63,605 bases of DNA from positions 1 to 63,605 of the forward strand of contig JAVECL010000067.1 in assembly GCA_051942245.1 (NCBI GenBank), read 5' to 3'. Positions within the stretch are counted from its first letter, which is position 1, and the number at the start of each line of letters is the position of its first letter. A model generated the notes under the pieces. The model ran no database searches. It saw only the letters and a program-made list of their open reading frames with translations, and was not told where the DNA came from. This document shows, one piece after another, positions 1 through 13,638 of this stretch. The translations under genes and the position numbers were made by a program. The DNA comes from Trypethelium eluteriae. Lineage: Eukaryota.

Positions 1-139
1 CCTTACGCCCTGTAGTTATTAGTTCATTTTCCTTCGCCCTCACCCAGATAGGGAGGTCTATATAACAGCCTGCACCTCGGGCGACCTAGATAGGTCAATT
101 GAGTTCTTTCCTCCGATTCAGTTGTTTGTTACAACATCA
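1..139 (+). mobile_element. LTR (family A), 5' part cut by the window edge; solo LTR or 3' LTR of an element upstream
   Basis: 1-139 aligns to 22881-23019 with about 8 substitutions and ends in ...ACAACATCA, the same terminus as the two complete copies. Confidence 0.9.
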
Positions 140-310
140 CATGTCCACTGCAGTCCATGAGCTTCCTCGCATTTCATCCACAGCTACAATCCCTGCGCCT
201 GGTTGGGACGGTATAGCACTACAGCCAGATGCTTAACCCACCAACACACGGCACTGTCTGAAAGCGGGGTAGCTTGTCTTCGTCTCCACCATTCTTATGA
301 TTTTGGCGCT

Positions 311-3300
311 ATGGCGTTTCTGGATCCTATGCTTTATACGGTTGCCTGGCTTGCTCCTCTCGAGATCGAGGCACAGGCTGCTTTACACATGCTGGACAGC
401 AAGCATGAGGGATGGTTTGCTCTTGGCCGCGGCGACGACTACGTTTTTGAGGCTGGCGAAATGTGTGGACACAATGTGATCATCGCAACTCTTCCTGCGG
501 GGGAAGAATACGGCAATAGCTCTGCAGCTGCCCTCGCCAGCCAAGTGAAGCGATTCTTCCCAAATCTTTGGTTTAGTCTATTAGTCGGAGTTGCTGCTGG
601 TCTTCCCAATCTCACTCTAGATCCACCACGGGATATTCGTCTAGGGGACGTCCTGGTCAGCCTCCCAATCAACAACAGCACTGGTCTTGTAGCATATGAA
701 TTAGGAAAGGAAACAGGAAAAGATACACTCGATCTATTACACTCTGGACACATTTTAGCAAGGACCGAAACCGTTGTAAGGTCCGCTATCGGAAGCATCA
801 AGAAAGCACCGGACGATATGAACGCATTTCTACCTCATTATGAGAAGATTAAGAGAAAAAAACATACAGGAGGTACATTCATGGACCCAGGATAAGACCG
901 AGATAAGCTTTACGAAACCGATGACAATGGTGACGAGTATGTAATACAACGTGAGTTACGGTCGCCCGCAAGGCGCGTTCAAGTATGGTATGGACCAATA
1001 GGATCGGGTGACAAGCTTATAAAGAATGCACAAAAGCGAAACGAGCTGAGAGATAAATATGGGTTCATCGGACTAGAAATGGAAGCTGCTGGAACGATAA
1101 ACCGCATCCCAGTCGGCGTTGTTAGAGGAGTGTGTGACTACGCAGACAAACATAAGAATAAAGAATGGCAGCCATTCGCTGCTGCCATGGCAGCAGCGTG
1201 TGCAAAAGCAATTTTGTTCAGAGTCCGACCCAAGGAGTTTTCAGGACCGAGTCTCCTGTCAGCGGGTCAGTAGCTCCGGCGAGATTTCTTTGATAAAATT
1301 ATAGAAGCGCAATCTCTATTTTGCAGCTCAGAGCTTTTCTTGTTTCAATCTTGTCTCTTTATATGTCTATTCTTTGTCAACGTCTTGTTTAAGAGGATAC
1401 GGAAAGATGTTTCTAATACACCAATAAACAGGTCGCAAACCTCATCCCATTACATCTGATGTCGGAGACCCCAGTGAAGATTTCAACATCCCCTTCAGTA
1501 CGGAAGGCATCAGATTCACCAGTCGTTTTGTGGATCGGGATGAAATGCAGCTACTCGAGGACTACTTCTACTCAGCCAAATCATCTACACAATGCCGCAA
1601 AATGTTTGTAATCCATGGACTTGGTGGAATGGGAAAGACTCAATTGGCCTACAAATTTGCGCACAACCATCAACGAAATTATACCGCCGTTTTCTGATTG
1701 GACGGCTCTACCAGAGACCAGCTAGAATTATCATTCGCTCATGCCGCCAGGCGGCTCCCCCTTTCGCAATTGGAACCCAAAGTTGCATCAGGTCTTAGAA
1801 CCGATTGTGATAGCGTCGAGACAAAGGATCTCGTGAGAGCCTTTCTGAATTGGCTTTCTGTGCCTACGAACACTCATTGGTTACTTGTTGTCGATAATGT
1901 TGATCGGGACCATAAAGGCGCCTACAAGGATCCACAAGCATATAACATTGAGGATTATATTCCTCCAGTCGACCACGGTTCTATTATCATTACGAGCCGT
2001 CTAGCTAGTCTCTCTCAAAGCCGGGAGGGGTTTAAATTGGTGAATTTGGACGAGACAAAGGCAAAAGAAGTGTTAGAAAAAAATGCAGGAAAGTCACTCA
2101 TAGGTGAGATCTATGCTGTTCCTAATAAGGTTGGAGGAGCTGACAAAATGACCCATAAAGGAGTTGAAGCTCTCATTCGAATGCTCGATGGCCTCCCATT
2201 AGCGCTCACGCATGCCGGAACATTTATACGTGAAACTGACATCTCAGCTTCAGAATATGTCGAGCTATACCAAGATACGTGGGCATCTCTAATGGAAGAG
2301 CAAGATAAATTCCATCTAGACGAATACGACCGGCCAATGCTAACAACTTGGATGGTGTCATACGAACAAGTGAAACGGCAGAGCGAAGAAGCGGCAGACC
2401 TGCTGAAGCTATGGGGCTTTCTTAATAGCGACGACGTTTGGTATCAACTGCTTGCTACAGCTGCTGAATTTGGCCGAGACGAGCCAGTATCAGATACCTT
2501 ATTTCGAATAGGAGAAAGCAGACTGGCGTATGCAAGTGCAATCAAAATTCTATCAAGGTACTCGCTCGTCGACGCAAACAATCAATCACAAGCAACGTTG
2601 ACGCATAGTGAATCGGGCCATTCGATGCACAAAGTCTTACATCAGTGGTGCAAGCAGCTGTCCCAAGGTCAAGAAAGAATTGCAATGGCAATGTATGCGC
2701 TGGCTCTCGTCATAGAGATAAACCCTGACCAGGCTGAGGAGGATTGGAAGCTGATGTTGCGTCTCTTGCCTCACGTGACCGAGATGTGCAAGTACATGAC
2801 GGATGAATTCTGTAAGATATCACACCGAAGAGATATGACTGAGATTGAGGCTTGGAGATTGCATAAATTAGGTACTTTTTCAATGAAAGTGCAGGAAACA
2901 CACGCAAGCGAGAAGCTACTCCATTACGCACTTCAGGAATATGAGAAGTTATATGATTCTGGTGGATGTTATACAAGCTGCATTCTTGGAGATCTGGGAG
3001 CCGTTAACACGACCTTGGGAAGATTCGAGGAGGCCGAACATTATTTGAAACGCGCCCTCATACAGACGGAGAAAAAACCTGATCTCGAGGAATTATCAAC
3101 CTTAATCGTCATTCACAATTTGGGTCATTTATGCATAGCAACGGAGAAGTATGGTGAGGCGGATAACTTTATTCAACGAGCCTTGGAAGGGAAAAAACGG
3201 CTGTTAGGGGGGAGACACCCATCAACACTTCGATCGGTACGTCTCTTAGGTGACCTCTACTATGAACAGAGAAGGCTGTCGGAAGCACAGACTAAGTATG

Positions 3301-4196
3301 AAGAGGTGCTACGCGCACAGGAATTCACACTCGGAGCTAATCACATGTCAACCCTCGATACTGTTCACAATCTAGGGAACCTTTTCCAGCAGCAGGGAAA
3401 TTCAAAGAGGGCAGAGGAAATGTATCTCCGGGCTTTGCAAGGGACCAAGGAAGTAGTTGGGCCTTCGAACTTTCTGATAACCTCAACGGCAACAGAGTTG
3501 TTTCACCTTTACGAGAAGCAGGAGAGGTTCTGTGAAGCATTAGAAGTGTTTGAGCCCATCATGAATGAGGCCAATACATCATTCGGTGCTGAACATTCTT
3601 CGACACTATCTGCCACTTACTCGGTCGCTTATCTCTACAAGAAGCAGGAGCAATTTCAGGAAGCCGAGCGCCTGTTTCACTCTTTGCTCCCGAAGATACA
3701 AAAGATATATGGTGTCCAGTCCTATTTGGCAATACACACCATTCTTCACCTAGGCCAAATATATGCTCGCCTAACCCAGACTCAAGAAGAGACCCATAGT
3801 GGGTTCTTTGACAAGTTCGAGAAAGAGAAAAAATGGGACCAGCTTCTTTCACCTATGAAGACCATTTGCCACACTTCTGGATCTGAAAAATGGTTTCTCT
3901 TCGGTATACTTGGTCATTTGCTACTTTGGGCTTGTCATGAGCGCGATGCTGAAACTGCATTTAAACATGAGCCACTTGGCTCTTTACATTGCGATGTTTG
4001 CGACCGGACTTTAGATAGCGGACTGACAAGGGCGAAATGCAGAGTATGTTATGATGTTGATATCTGCAGTAGGTGCTATGGCGCATCAGAGTCGGAGAGA
4101 AGAATTCCAGATCGTTGTGAGAAGCATACATTCTTCGTCATTTCATACCATTCATACTCTCGAGCTTGTCAATACGATTTAGGCGAAGTCGGATGA
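311..4196 (+). pseudogene. Fungal NLR, PNP_UDP phosphorylase - NB-ARC - TPR - C-terminal ZZ-like zinc finger, with two in-frame premature stops
   Basis: PNP motifs (YTVAWLAPL, LLVGVAAGLP, DIRLGDV, GLEMEAAG, VRGVCDYAD) stay in one frame through TAA at 893-895. Intron 1266-1431 (GTCAGT...CTAAT...CAG). P-loop GLGGMGKT from 1617. TGA at 1695-1697 sits where W is expected (AVF*LDG). WLLVVDNVD and GLPLAL motifs follow. Probable 57-bp intron 2104-2160. ~42-aa TPR repeats, then CDVC...CRVC...CSRC...H at the C-terminus. Confidence 0.9.
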
Positions 4197-4614
4197 ATGA
4201 CAGAAACTTTTAGACGTCAGTAGTCGTTAGTAGTTATAAGAACCTTTCAATATTTCCAGCTATGTGGTGTTTGGTGTTAACCCTAGGCATTCTTCATTCT
4301 GTAAACTTACCCTAGCTTTACCATCGCAAAGACTTTACCTTTCCGGCTTTCATCATGTCAAGTAAAGATATTATTTACTTTTTTTTGCAAGCGATTTCTT
4401 GTCGGTTGCAATAGAGAGTTCGTCGAAACTTGGGAAGCTTTCTCGGCCCCTTTTTGACCGGCTTCGAAAAGCGGGGAGACGAAGCAGGGTCATTGAGTTT
4501 ACCGCCCTAATTCTCGGACGTCCAGCTTCGAAAGCCGGAATCTTTAGACTAGCGACCTGTAAATCGGTATATACAGCGAGTTTGGCGGTCTCCTAGCGAC
4601 CTAAATGCAGCTTA

Positions 4615-6535
4615 TCATAACTGAACGGATTCGGGGGCCAGCAACGGCCGTCCCCTGATGATATCACTCGCCCTTTCCGCCACGGCATACAGCGTACTCG
4701 TCAGGTGCCCATCAATCTGGTACGGTAATACACTCGCATCAACAACCCTCACATTCCTCGTCCCGTACACCATCAGCTCCGGATCGACTACGCCCCCTAG
4801 CTCCCTCGCCATCATTGCACACGTTCCCAACGGGTGGGAATTCGTCCCATACGTCGCTTTCAGCCACGCCAACCATTGCGCGTCTGAAGCATCAATCGGC
4901 ACAGTAGTGGTATTTGGTGCCGTTTCACTCGGCGCAATGTCTGCAAGCGGTGATGTGCGTGCGGCCTGTCGAGACTGGCGAGCGATGGCGGTCTGGAAGA
5001 TCGCATCCTTATCGATCATGAAGTAATTGGGGTTGATGGCCGGTTGGGCGCTACCGTTGATGAACTGCGGAGTGATGTGCACGCTGCCGCGGGAGAAGGG
5101 GAGGAGGTCCCAGAAGGCGATCGAGAGGGCGGAAGGAAATGGAGCAGTGAGGATCTCAGCGACAGGGACGTGTTGAGTGAAGATAAGATCGGTTTGAAGG
5201 GTTAGTAGCTTTTCTTGGATGGCTTGGGTGGTGCTGTTGTTCGCTTGTGCGGCGATGCGGGAGGCATAGGTGGGGATTTGAGATCGGACGTAGGATTCGA
5301 CGGCTGACGTGTTACTTCCGAAGAGGTCGTTCGCTGTGGCGAAAGTTCCGAAGGGGGGCCATTCTGTTGAACTGAGGTTCAGTGAAATAGTATAGGCCAG
5401 GACCTGGTTAGCCTGGTCTTGGAGATTTTCACCGACCCCGGGAAGAGCAACTTTGGGTTGGATGCCATGACGATTGAGGATTTGAGGGTTGCCAACCCCG
5501 GATTGTTCCAGAATGACAGGAGAGCGAAGCGAGCCAGCCGACAAAATGACTTCACGGGAAGCCCTGATAGTCGGTTTCGTACCGTCAGAGGCCGTGATGC
5601 GGACACCACTTGCAGAGGAGCTAGAGCCGTAACCATATGGTTGGGGTTTGGCTTCATCCCAGACAAGTTGGTCTGCGGTTGTGAAAGTGTATGCATGGAG
5701 ATTTTCCCGATCAGAGACTGGCCAGTAATAGGCCCTGGCAGCATCCGCTCTGATGTCGGCTGTGCGATTTAGGGTCCTTGGCCACACGTAGAAACCCCTC
5801 AAATTTCCTGTGTTATCGTCCTGGAGCGTAGGGTATCCAAGCTTATTCCACGTTTGCCCAATAATGGCCGTGGTGTTCGCCGGCGCGTCGTGAATGCTCC
5901 AGCCTACAGCAAGGGGACCGTCGACACCATGGACAGAGGGCTCGTAAGTAATTCCATGAGCGGCCTGAGAAGGGGTTGGCGGCTGGATATGTTCGCTTTT
6001 CTTGTAATATGGCCAGAGAGAGGACCAGTTCCACCCAGCATTGCCGATTCCCTCCCATGCATCAATCTGTGCCGCCTCGGCACGAATATATGTTGCTCCT
6101 ACTTCATGTTGAGTGATAGTCCGGAGGCTGGCCGCGGGGAACAGCTCCTGCCTGCCACCACGTTACGAGGATACGATCTCACCTACCATTTACTGTGCTT
6201 GTCCCTCCTAAAGCTTTTCCTGAATGCCATGTTGCTGTTCTATTATCGGAGTAGACTTGTGGTGTGCTGTTGTATGCATAATCTATGTCTGTAAAGAATG
6301 CTTCCCCAAAAGCGCTTGTGCTGGTCACAGCAGGATTGTTGAAGACTGACCCACCGGCCTCAATCACAGCAACGGTAACATTAGAGTCTTCGGACAATCG
6401 ATTCGCTAATACAAGGCCGCAAGTGCCACCGCCAACGATGACGTAATCGTATTGCGGATTTTCTGGTTCAACTGAGGCTAAAGCCAGGGAAGCTGAAAGC
6501 GGAAGGGCGACCAAGAGCGAGAACGCAGACGGCAT
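4615..6535 (-). CDS. Secreted GMC oxidoreductase (AA3_2, glucose oxidase/dehydrogenase-like)
   Basis: Signal peptide MPSAFSLLVALPLSASLALA and FAD motif YDYVIVGGGTCG. GKALGGTSTVNG is spliced across intron 6186-6099 (GTAGGT...TAG) into an open frame. LPGVGENLQD, catalytic-region NSHPLGTC and DGHL, and VRVVDAS are present. Confidence 0.93.
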
Positions 6536-8208
6536 TGTGTCAAAACGACTCGGCAGCCGAAGGTCGCAGACAGATGCAAACTATTGAAAAGCGTGCAGAG
6601 AAGACTCGGGCGAATGTAGAGTTTTGATGAAAAGGATCTTCGTCCAAATTAAATATTGTCGGTCTGTTCACGGGGCGCACATGGAGTGATGGTGCCGAAA
6701 TCCTTCGCGGGCACGTAAACTATCACCAGAGTAGGAGAGATCTACGGAACTCGACCCGTCCTCAGATGAGACGGAGTGTTAGACGAAGTCTACAGTTTGG
6801 CTTGTAGGCTGATCGTCTCTAGGACTCATGCCTCCTGATGCGGGGCGAGAGTCGTTCCGATTGGTGGCTCGCTCTTTCTCAATTACGATATGTAACGCCC
6901 CTTTCCAGAAATTCTAAACGATCCCAATGCTGACTCTAGAATTGCTTTTTCTGTGAGACGCTCAGAATGGGCGCCTAGTACAGGCAGTTTTCGATATACG
7001 AAATTGCAGCATTGTCAAATCTATTTTTGTCGTATTGAGTAGATCGTAGTATCGAAGCAACACGTGACTGTAGATGACTATTAGAAACTTTCTGATTAAG
7101 TATTGGCGTAGGAAACTAATTTACCTACCTTAATCATGGAGCTAAGGTGTCAAGGTCTACTGACCTTCAATAAGCTTTCGAGATCCAATTATACGTAAGA
7201 CAGTAATCTTTATGCTGGGGAATCGGGGCCGTTCTCACTTTGGCCAATTTTATCATCCATCGGGTAAATGCACGAATCCATTATCTTATCTGATTTCCCC
7301 TGAAAGAGATGCACTCGCTTATTTGCCTCCATTAGGTAAGCTCATAACCCAAAAAGGAAAACGGTACGACAACAACCCACCAACCGACGCGCTGGGGAAT
7401 CGGGGGCCATATTTACATTTCATGTCTACAATTCCCGCTGACAATCGTTTTGACGCTTCGTGCCCAACAGCCAACCGTCAGAGGCTTTGCGTATTCATAC
7501 TGTACCAGATACACGAGAAGACACGAAAGTGAGCTCTACTCGTTTTATAGCCACCTCAATATTTCGAGATACTATCCCACTATTATTAGTCTCATTGTAT
7601 GTTGCGTATGTGGACTGTCGAACCGAAAAAATTCGGCCGCCAAGGTGGCCAGCTCTAGACTTTGAAGATGAAGTCGAGCTCACCGGTGAGCCCCAGCCGT
7701 CCTGAGGCTGGTGGCGGTATGTACTGCCCATCGAGCTTATTTCCTCTTCCAGTCTCGAGCCTCCAACGCCCTCGAAATCATAGCGCAACGTATCGTGCAT
7801 AAGCGAGAATGGCGACGTTTCAACCTTCTCTCAGCGGCTAACACCAAGCTCTTTTGATGAATAAGGGCGCTGTTCAGATGAATACATACAAGGGACTGGC
7901 AATGATCTGATCCTTGCCGGTTTCCCGGTAAGGTTCGGGCTGCGATTCCGATTGGTGAGCATCTCAATCAGTCAAGTCTTGCGAACAAGATCTTGGCACT
8001 CCACCATCTGGGCGTGCAAACTTATGATCTGCTGCGGCTGAGAGGTCGACACATGGCTAGTTAAGTCGAATCTCTTTCCTTTCTCAATGTTCGCTCTTTA
8101 TCTCTCGTTAATGTCCTAAGGTCTAATTTTTTTTTCTTTTCCGCGTAGTGTGTTGTGTGGTCTTTCAGAGTTGAGCAGATGTCATCAACAGTCGTTCATT
8201 TTGGAAGA

Positions 8209-11200
8209 ATGTCGAAGCTCGTTTTCTTCTTTTCTTTCCTGTCGTTCTTTCAATTAATTGTCGCAACAACTTATGGTAAGCTCCCCGACTAAAGGCGTCT
8301 TTTGGAGGGCAATATTGACTATCTGTAGACAGCAGCAAAATTCTGCCGACTATTAACGCGTCGAGCATTTCAAATGGCACCAGTTCTGCGGCAAGCATCA
8401 CTTCTTCTACCATATATTCGTCATCCTCTACGACAAGTGCGACCTCGCAGTCTTCCACGAGTCAAGCGCGCCTTGGTGATTTGATTGCAAGCGGCCTGGG
8501 AATAAGCCACGAGACGCAACAGCCTTCGGATTCTTCAACTGCTGTTGTTTTGCCTCCCACGAATACTAGCTCAAGTTTTTCTCGGCAGCGAGCTTCTTCA
8601 TACAGCACCGTTCGAAGCAATTCCGCTTCTCCCGCTCCGATTATTGGTAGCTACAACACATCTAGGTCCATCTCGGTCTCGCATACGGTGTCACCCAGCA
8701 ACAGCAGCCTCCGCACCTCTCTCTCAGTCACTACTTCTACTCCTCTTGGAGCTTTTACCACTCTGCTCTCAACAGCAACATGGTCTACAAACAGCAGTTC
8801 CGGCACACCGATCAGAGCCACAAGTGCCATTGCCGGTGCCTCCAACGTTACCCTATCTTCGGTCACGGCAGCACCTGGTAATAGCACAGCCAAGGGAGCG
8901 TCAGCGGCACATGTATTCGAGAGTCAACGGCCAAGGAACTCAACCACTAACCTACCTATTACTACGAGCACCCACATTGGGAACATGACAGGAAACAGTA
9001 GTATCGAGTTCTCGAACTGCTGGAGCCAATGGTCTTCTTTTTGGGCTTCAAACTACTCATTAAATTCACCCTACTTCACAACTATCGGCTCGGGTACAGG
9101 TCCTGATGTTACAACTATAACTCAGCTGACGACCAGGTTTGGGTATTCGTTCTTTACAACGACTGAACCCGGAGTGACCACCACCACAGTAACTTCTGCC
9201 GCCGCTGGCTTTGGCCTGTCCACCTACACGTCGATAATCACTAGTCAGGTAATTTCATCGCTTCTGGCAACCGGTTTGAGTACAGAGTCCCCAGGCGATG
9301 TCGTTACGTGGGCGACGGGAACAACTGCTGTCTTGACCACTCCTACCATCAATATCAGTACGCCTGCTTGCACACTTCCTCCTGGGCCTATCACGCAATG
9401 CCAATCACAATGGGATGCCTACAGCTCTGCTCAATTTGCCCAAATCTCCTGGCCCTCAACATCTCTTTGCACTGCTAGCAGCACTTCGATATGCGACGCG
9501 GCGACACAATCATGGCTTCAAAGTCAAGTCAATAGCATTGGTAGTGTCCAAGGATTACCAAAGCCGTTTTGCACGCAGGCCTCAATTGGAGTTCCCTTGT
9601 GCACCTCATTGCAGGACAAGTACATTTCCGACTGGCTGTTCAGTTCTGCCTTTCAGTTCAATGCTCCCTACGATGAGAGTGGAGCAGGTACGGTTTACAC
9701 TGCGTTGACAACCGACGGCTCTGTCTCGTGGACAGGCTACTGGCCCACAACTACTTCTCTGGCCCCCGGTTGCAGTTTGGGTTGCGCGCGATGTGCAGTT
9801 ACGGGCGGAACAGTGCGCCTAATCTACTGGCCAGAAACAGCAACAGCTACTGGTAATGCAAGCGTTACGCCTCGTACTGCAGCCAGTAACAACACGGGTC
9901 CACTCACAGCCTACGCCTTTGGAACATCTTTCGTTTCACCAACAGTATACATTTCGTACGGTAGTATTTATGCTTCAGACTCGTGTTCTGGGGTTGGAAC
10001 AACACATGGCGCTACGATCCTTGCTCTTGCCAATTCTTCGCAGCTCTCCAGCATCTACGCAACGTGGACGTCCGTTTATGCTGAAACGGCCTCTTTTGAC
10101 ATTGCCGACTTGAACACGCCAGTGCCCGACAGTATCTACGACAGACAGCCACGATGTGCTTTGGACTACCGCTCTTGGGTCTATGATGGCCCTTCTTCAA
10201 TCAACAATACATATCCCGGATGCCCTAGAAGCCGTCCCTATGAGCCAGTTCTTGTAGTTCCATCCTCTCTGCTTGTCAGTGTGGATCCTCTATGGTCGAC
10301 ATGCTCAGCGGATATTCGAGGGCTGTACGACCCACCCTACGCTTTGACTCCTGGTACGGCACCGGCAGCCCCTACTCCGATGGGAGACCCTACTGGAGTA
10401 CCTGCAGCTCCTGGCCCAGCGCCACAGACGAGTTTGCCTGTGGCCACGCTGGCAAGCGACCAGTTACCGAGTGCAACACCTGGCAACCCAGTCGCATCAG
10501 CAGATCCACCGACTAAGACGAACCCTTCCAATGGTAATGCGGGCAGCAGCGATCCAGGCAGTGGTAATGGTGGAGGAGACCCAGGCGCAGGCAGTGTCGC
10601 TGCGAGTATTGCATCGGTGATCATTGGTGGTGGTGGTGGTGGAAAACCCAATCCTGCTTCATCCCGTGCAGGCCAACCAGTTCCAGGAACTCCCGCTACA
10701 GGCAGTGGTGGATCTGGCGGAAATGCAGGCTCTGCAGTTGGGGGAGGCATTGCAAGCATATTACAAGGAGCAACACCTTCAGCAGGCGATGCTTCAGATC
10801 CAGGTCAATCTTCTCAATCCGATCCCGGCTCAGGCATCCCAAATTCGGGCTCTGGTAACGCTGGATCTGGTTCGAGCGGCGCAGGAAGTAGTGGCACTAG
10901 TGATCCTGGTTCGGCAGGAAGTGGGACTGGAAGTGGGACTGGAAGTGCGGGATCTGGCTCATCTGGCGAGCAAGGCACGGGGAGTGGAGATTCTGGAGAT
11001 CCTGGCTCAGTGGAGAGCGGTCCAGCAGGTGATTCATCAAACACAGGGAACACAGGAGGTGGAGGTCCAGACGGAAGTTCAGGCGATCCTGACTCTCCCA
11101 GCGGTGATGGCGCTACAGCTTCTGGTACAAGCAGCGGCTCCGGGATAAACGCAGGTCCCGGTGGAGATCCTAAATCAGGCTCTGGGACTACCCCAAGCTC

Positions 11201-13376
11201 CAGTACACAAGAAGGCTCGGATTCGAGCACTGGCTCTGGCACTGGCACTGGCACTGGCACTGGCTCTGGCACTGGCACCGGCACTGGCTCTGGCACTGGC
11301 ACTGGCTCTGGCACTGGCTCTGGCTCTGACACTGGCTCTGGCACTGGCACTAGCTCTGGCTCTGGCTCAGGCTCTGGCTCAGAATCTGGCTCGGGCACAA
11401 GCTCGGGCTCAGGGACCGGAGTGGGATCCAGCTCAGAATCCGGCGCTGGATCTGGCTCTGATCCGGGTTCAGAACCGTCAAGTACTAGTAATGAAAATGC
11501 TTCTGAACCCAACCCAAACAATCCGGAGACCAATCTTCCCTCAACAATCCCAGTGCCCCCGCTCAATCCAGCAGCGCCAGCTCCAACCGCTCCTCTAGGC
11601 ACCATTGGAGGCCAGCCCGTGTATGCAAATCCATCAAACTCCGGAGGCGTTGTCATCGCGGGGCAAACCGTGCAGCCTGGCGACAGCACCATCATCCAAA
11701 ATACCCCAGTTTCTCTTGGTTCCAGCGGTCTAGTGTATGGCGGCGTCCCTACTCCCGCAGCTGATGGTGCAACACCCGCCGCGGCGTTCACGGTCGGCGG
11801 ACAGGCATACACGGCACAAAGCAACAGCCCACTTGTTGTGGCTGGCCAAACGCTTTCTCCAGGCGGCCCTGCAGCAACCTTCAGTGGCCAGGTCGTGAGC
11901 TTGGCGCCTGCTGGCGTTGTCGTAGGAGGCAGCACCGTCGTGTACTCTGCTCCTGCAGCTCCCTCAGCTGCGGTCTTCACAGCTGGAGGTCAGACCTACG
12001 CTGCGCAAGGTGGCACCCCTCTAATAATGTCCGGCCAGACATTATCCCAAGGCGGCTCAGCGGCCACTATAGGTGGTCAGCTTGTCAGCTTGGGGAGTTC
12101 TGGTGTTGTACTCGGCGGCAGTACGATTGCGTATTCTGCTCCGACGGCTGCTTCAGCGGCAGTCTTCACAGCGGGAGGCCAGACGTATACTGCACAAGAT
12201 GGGACGCCATTTGTGGTATCAGGACACAGTCTATCAGTTGGCGGCCCTGTCGCAACAGTAAATGGGCAGGTCATCAGCATGGCAAGCTCGGGTGTTGTAG
12301 TCGGCGGCAGCGTGGTGCCATTTTCGGCTGCGCCAACACCTGCAGCGGTCGTGTCTGGCGCTGTCATCACGCTCGGGCCAGGATCAGCCTACACTGCTGC
12401 CGAGACTGGAGGAACGGTGGTGCTGGGTGGGCAGACAATCTCGGCGGGCGGCTCGGCGGCGGTCCTATCTGGTAAGACGATATCTGTTGCTCCTTCTGGA
12501 GTCGTTGTGGATGGATCTATGATTGGGTTCTCTAGCTTGCCCAACGCGGCTGTTACAGGAAACAGAGAAGAAGTGGCGACTTTTACCGATGCCAATGGAC
12601 ATACGCATACTGTAGCCGAGTCGCCTGACTCTTCAAGTGCTGCGGTTGTGGATGGAAGCGTAGCTCTTACAAGAGGAGGATTGCCTGTGACTGTCAATGG
12701 CAAGACCTTGAGCCTCGGATCCAGTGGTATCGTGATTGATGGATCAAGCACAGCTGCGTTCTCTCCAGCGGCACCTACTGGAGCTGGAGTAGAAGTCGCG
12801 ACATTTACCGGTGCCAATGGGCAAACAGGCACAATCGTCGAATATCCCGGGTCCTCGGGTGTAGCCGTCGTGAATGGCAAGGTGACGCTTACTGAAGGCG
12901 GCTCTGCTGTCACTACCGATGGAGCGACCCTGAGTCTTGGGCCCAGCGGTATCGTTGTTGATGGCACAAGCACTGCTTCATTCTCTATCCCGGCTGGCGA
13001 AGAGATTGCAACTTTCACGGACGCAGGTGGGCATACAGAGACAGCAATCGAGTTACCTGGTGCCACTGGCATTGCGATAGTTGATGGGAGTATAACCCTG
13101 ACCAGGGGTGGTCTCCCAGCTGTAGTCGGTGGTGAGACGCTAAGTCTTGGATCAAGCGGACTGGTTGTGGATGGAAGCAGCACCGCTGTCTTCGGGGGCG
13201 TCTCTACTGAGTCTACTGGAGCTGGTGATTCTGTATCTTCGACATCTCAAGGTTCTTCCTCGTCAGCAACGGGTGCCTCGACCTCTACGGCATGGAGGAC
13301 GCAATACCCCTCTGCTTTACTAAGTTTCCTGCTATTTTTCAGTGTTGCATGGGTCGCTCTATTGGGGAGGATGTAA
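8209..13376 (+). CDS. Large secreted, putatively GPI-anchored cell-surface protein (Ser/Thr-rich, Cys-rich core, Gly/Ser linker, beta-repeat region); paralog A
   Basis: Signal-peptide exon [19 protein letters not shown] at 8209-8275. Intron 8276-8328 (GTAAGC...TTGAC...TAG) joins in frame to the 8481 ORF. Hydrophobic C-terminus ([17 protein letters not shown]) follows a Ser-rich stretch. Repeated [32 protein letters not shown] units. Confidence 0.88.
11229..11390 (+). repeat. Coding hexanucleotide tandem repeat (ACTGGC/TCTGGC)n encoding (GT/GS)n linker
   Basis: Visible run of more than 20 ACTGGC/TCTGGC units inside paralog A. Confidence 0.95.
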
Positions 13377-13638
13377 TTCGAGCCTCTACATGCATAATGT
13401 CTTATTGCCTCAGCGTTCAGCGACAATTCCCGTTTTACTTTGTATGAGTAATGTAGCATGACCTAGGCTGATTCAAAAGTTGGCAAATATTGAAAATCGC
13501 TAATGGCTTTCGACTTGCAATGAGCCGACGAACCTGCGTGCAGCAATGTAGTCGAGTACCTATCGAAGGCGACGTACACTTTCATCAGTCGATGAGATGT
13601 CATGATCGTGCATCTTTTGTGGACGCATTATTCCACAA

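Noticed and set aside
10814..13183. Long antisense and alternative-frame ORFs (PEPEP-, LALALA-rich)
   Set aside because: Shadows of the Gly/Ser/Thr-rich repetitive coding strand of paralog A.
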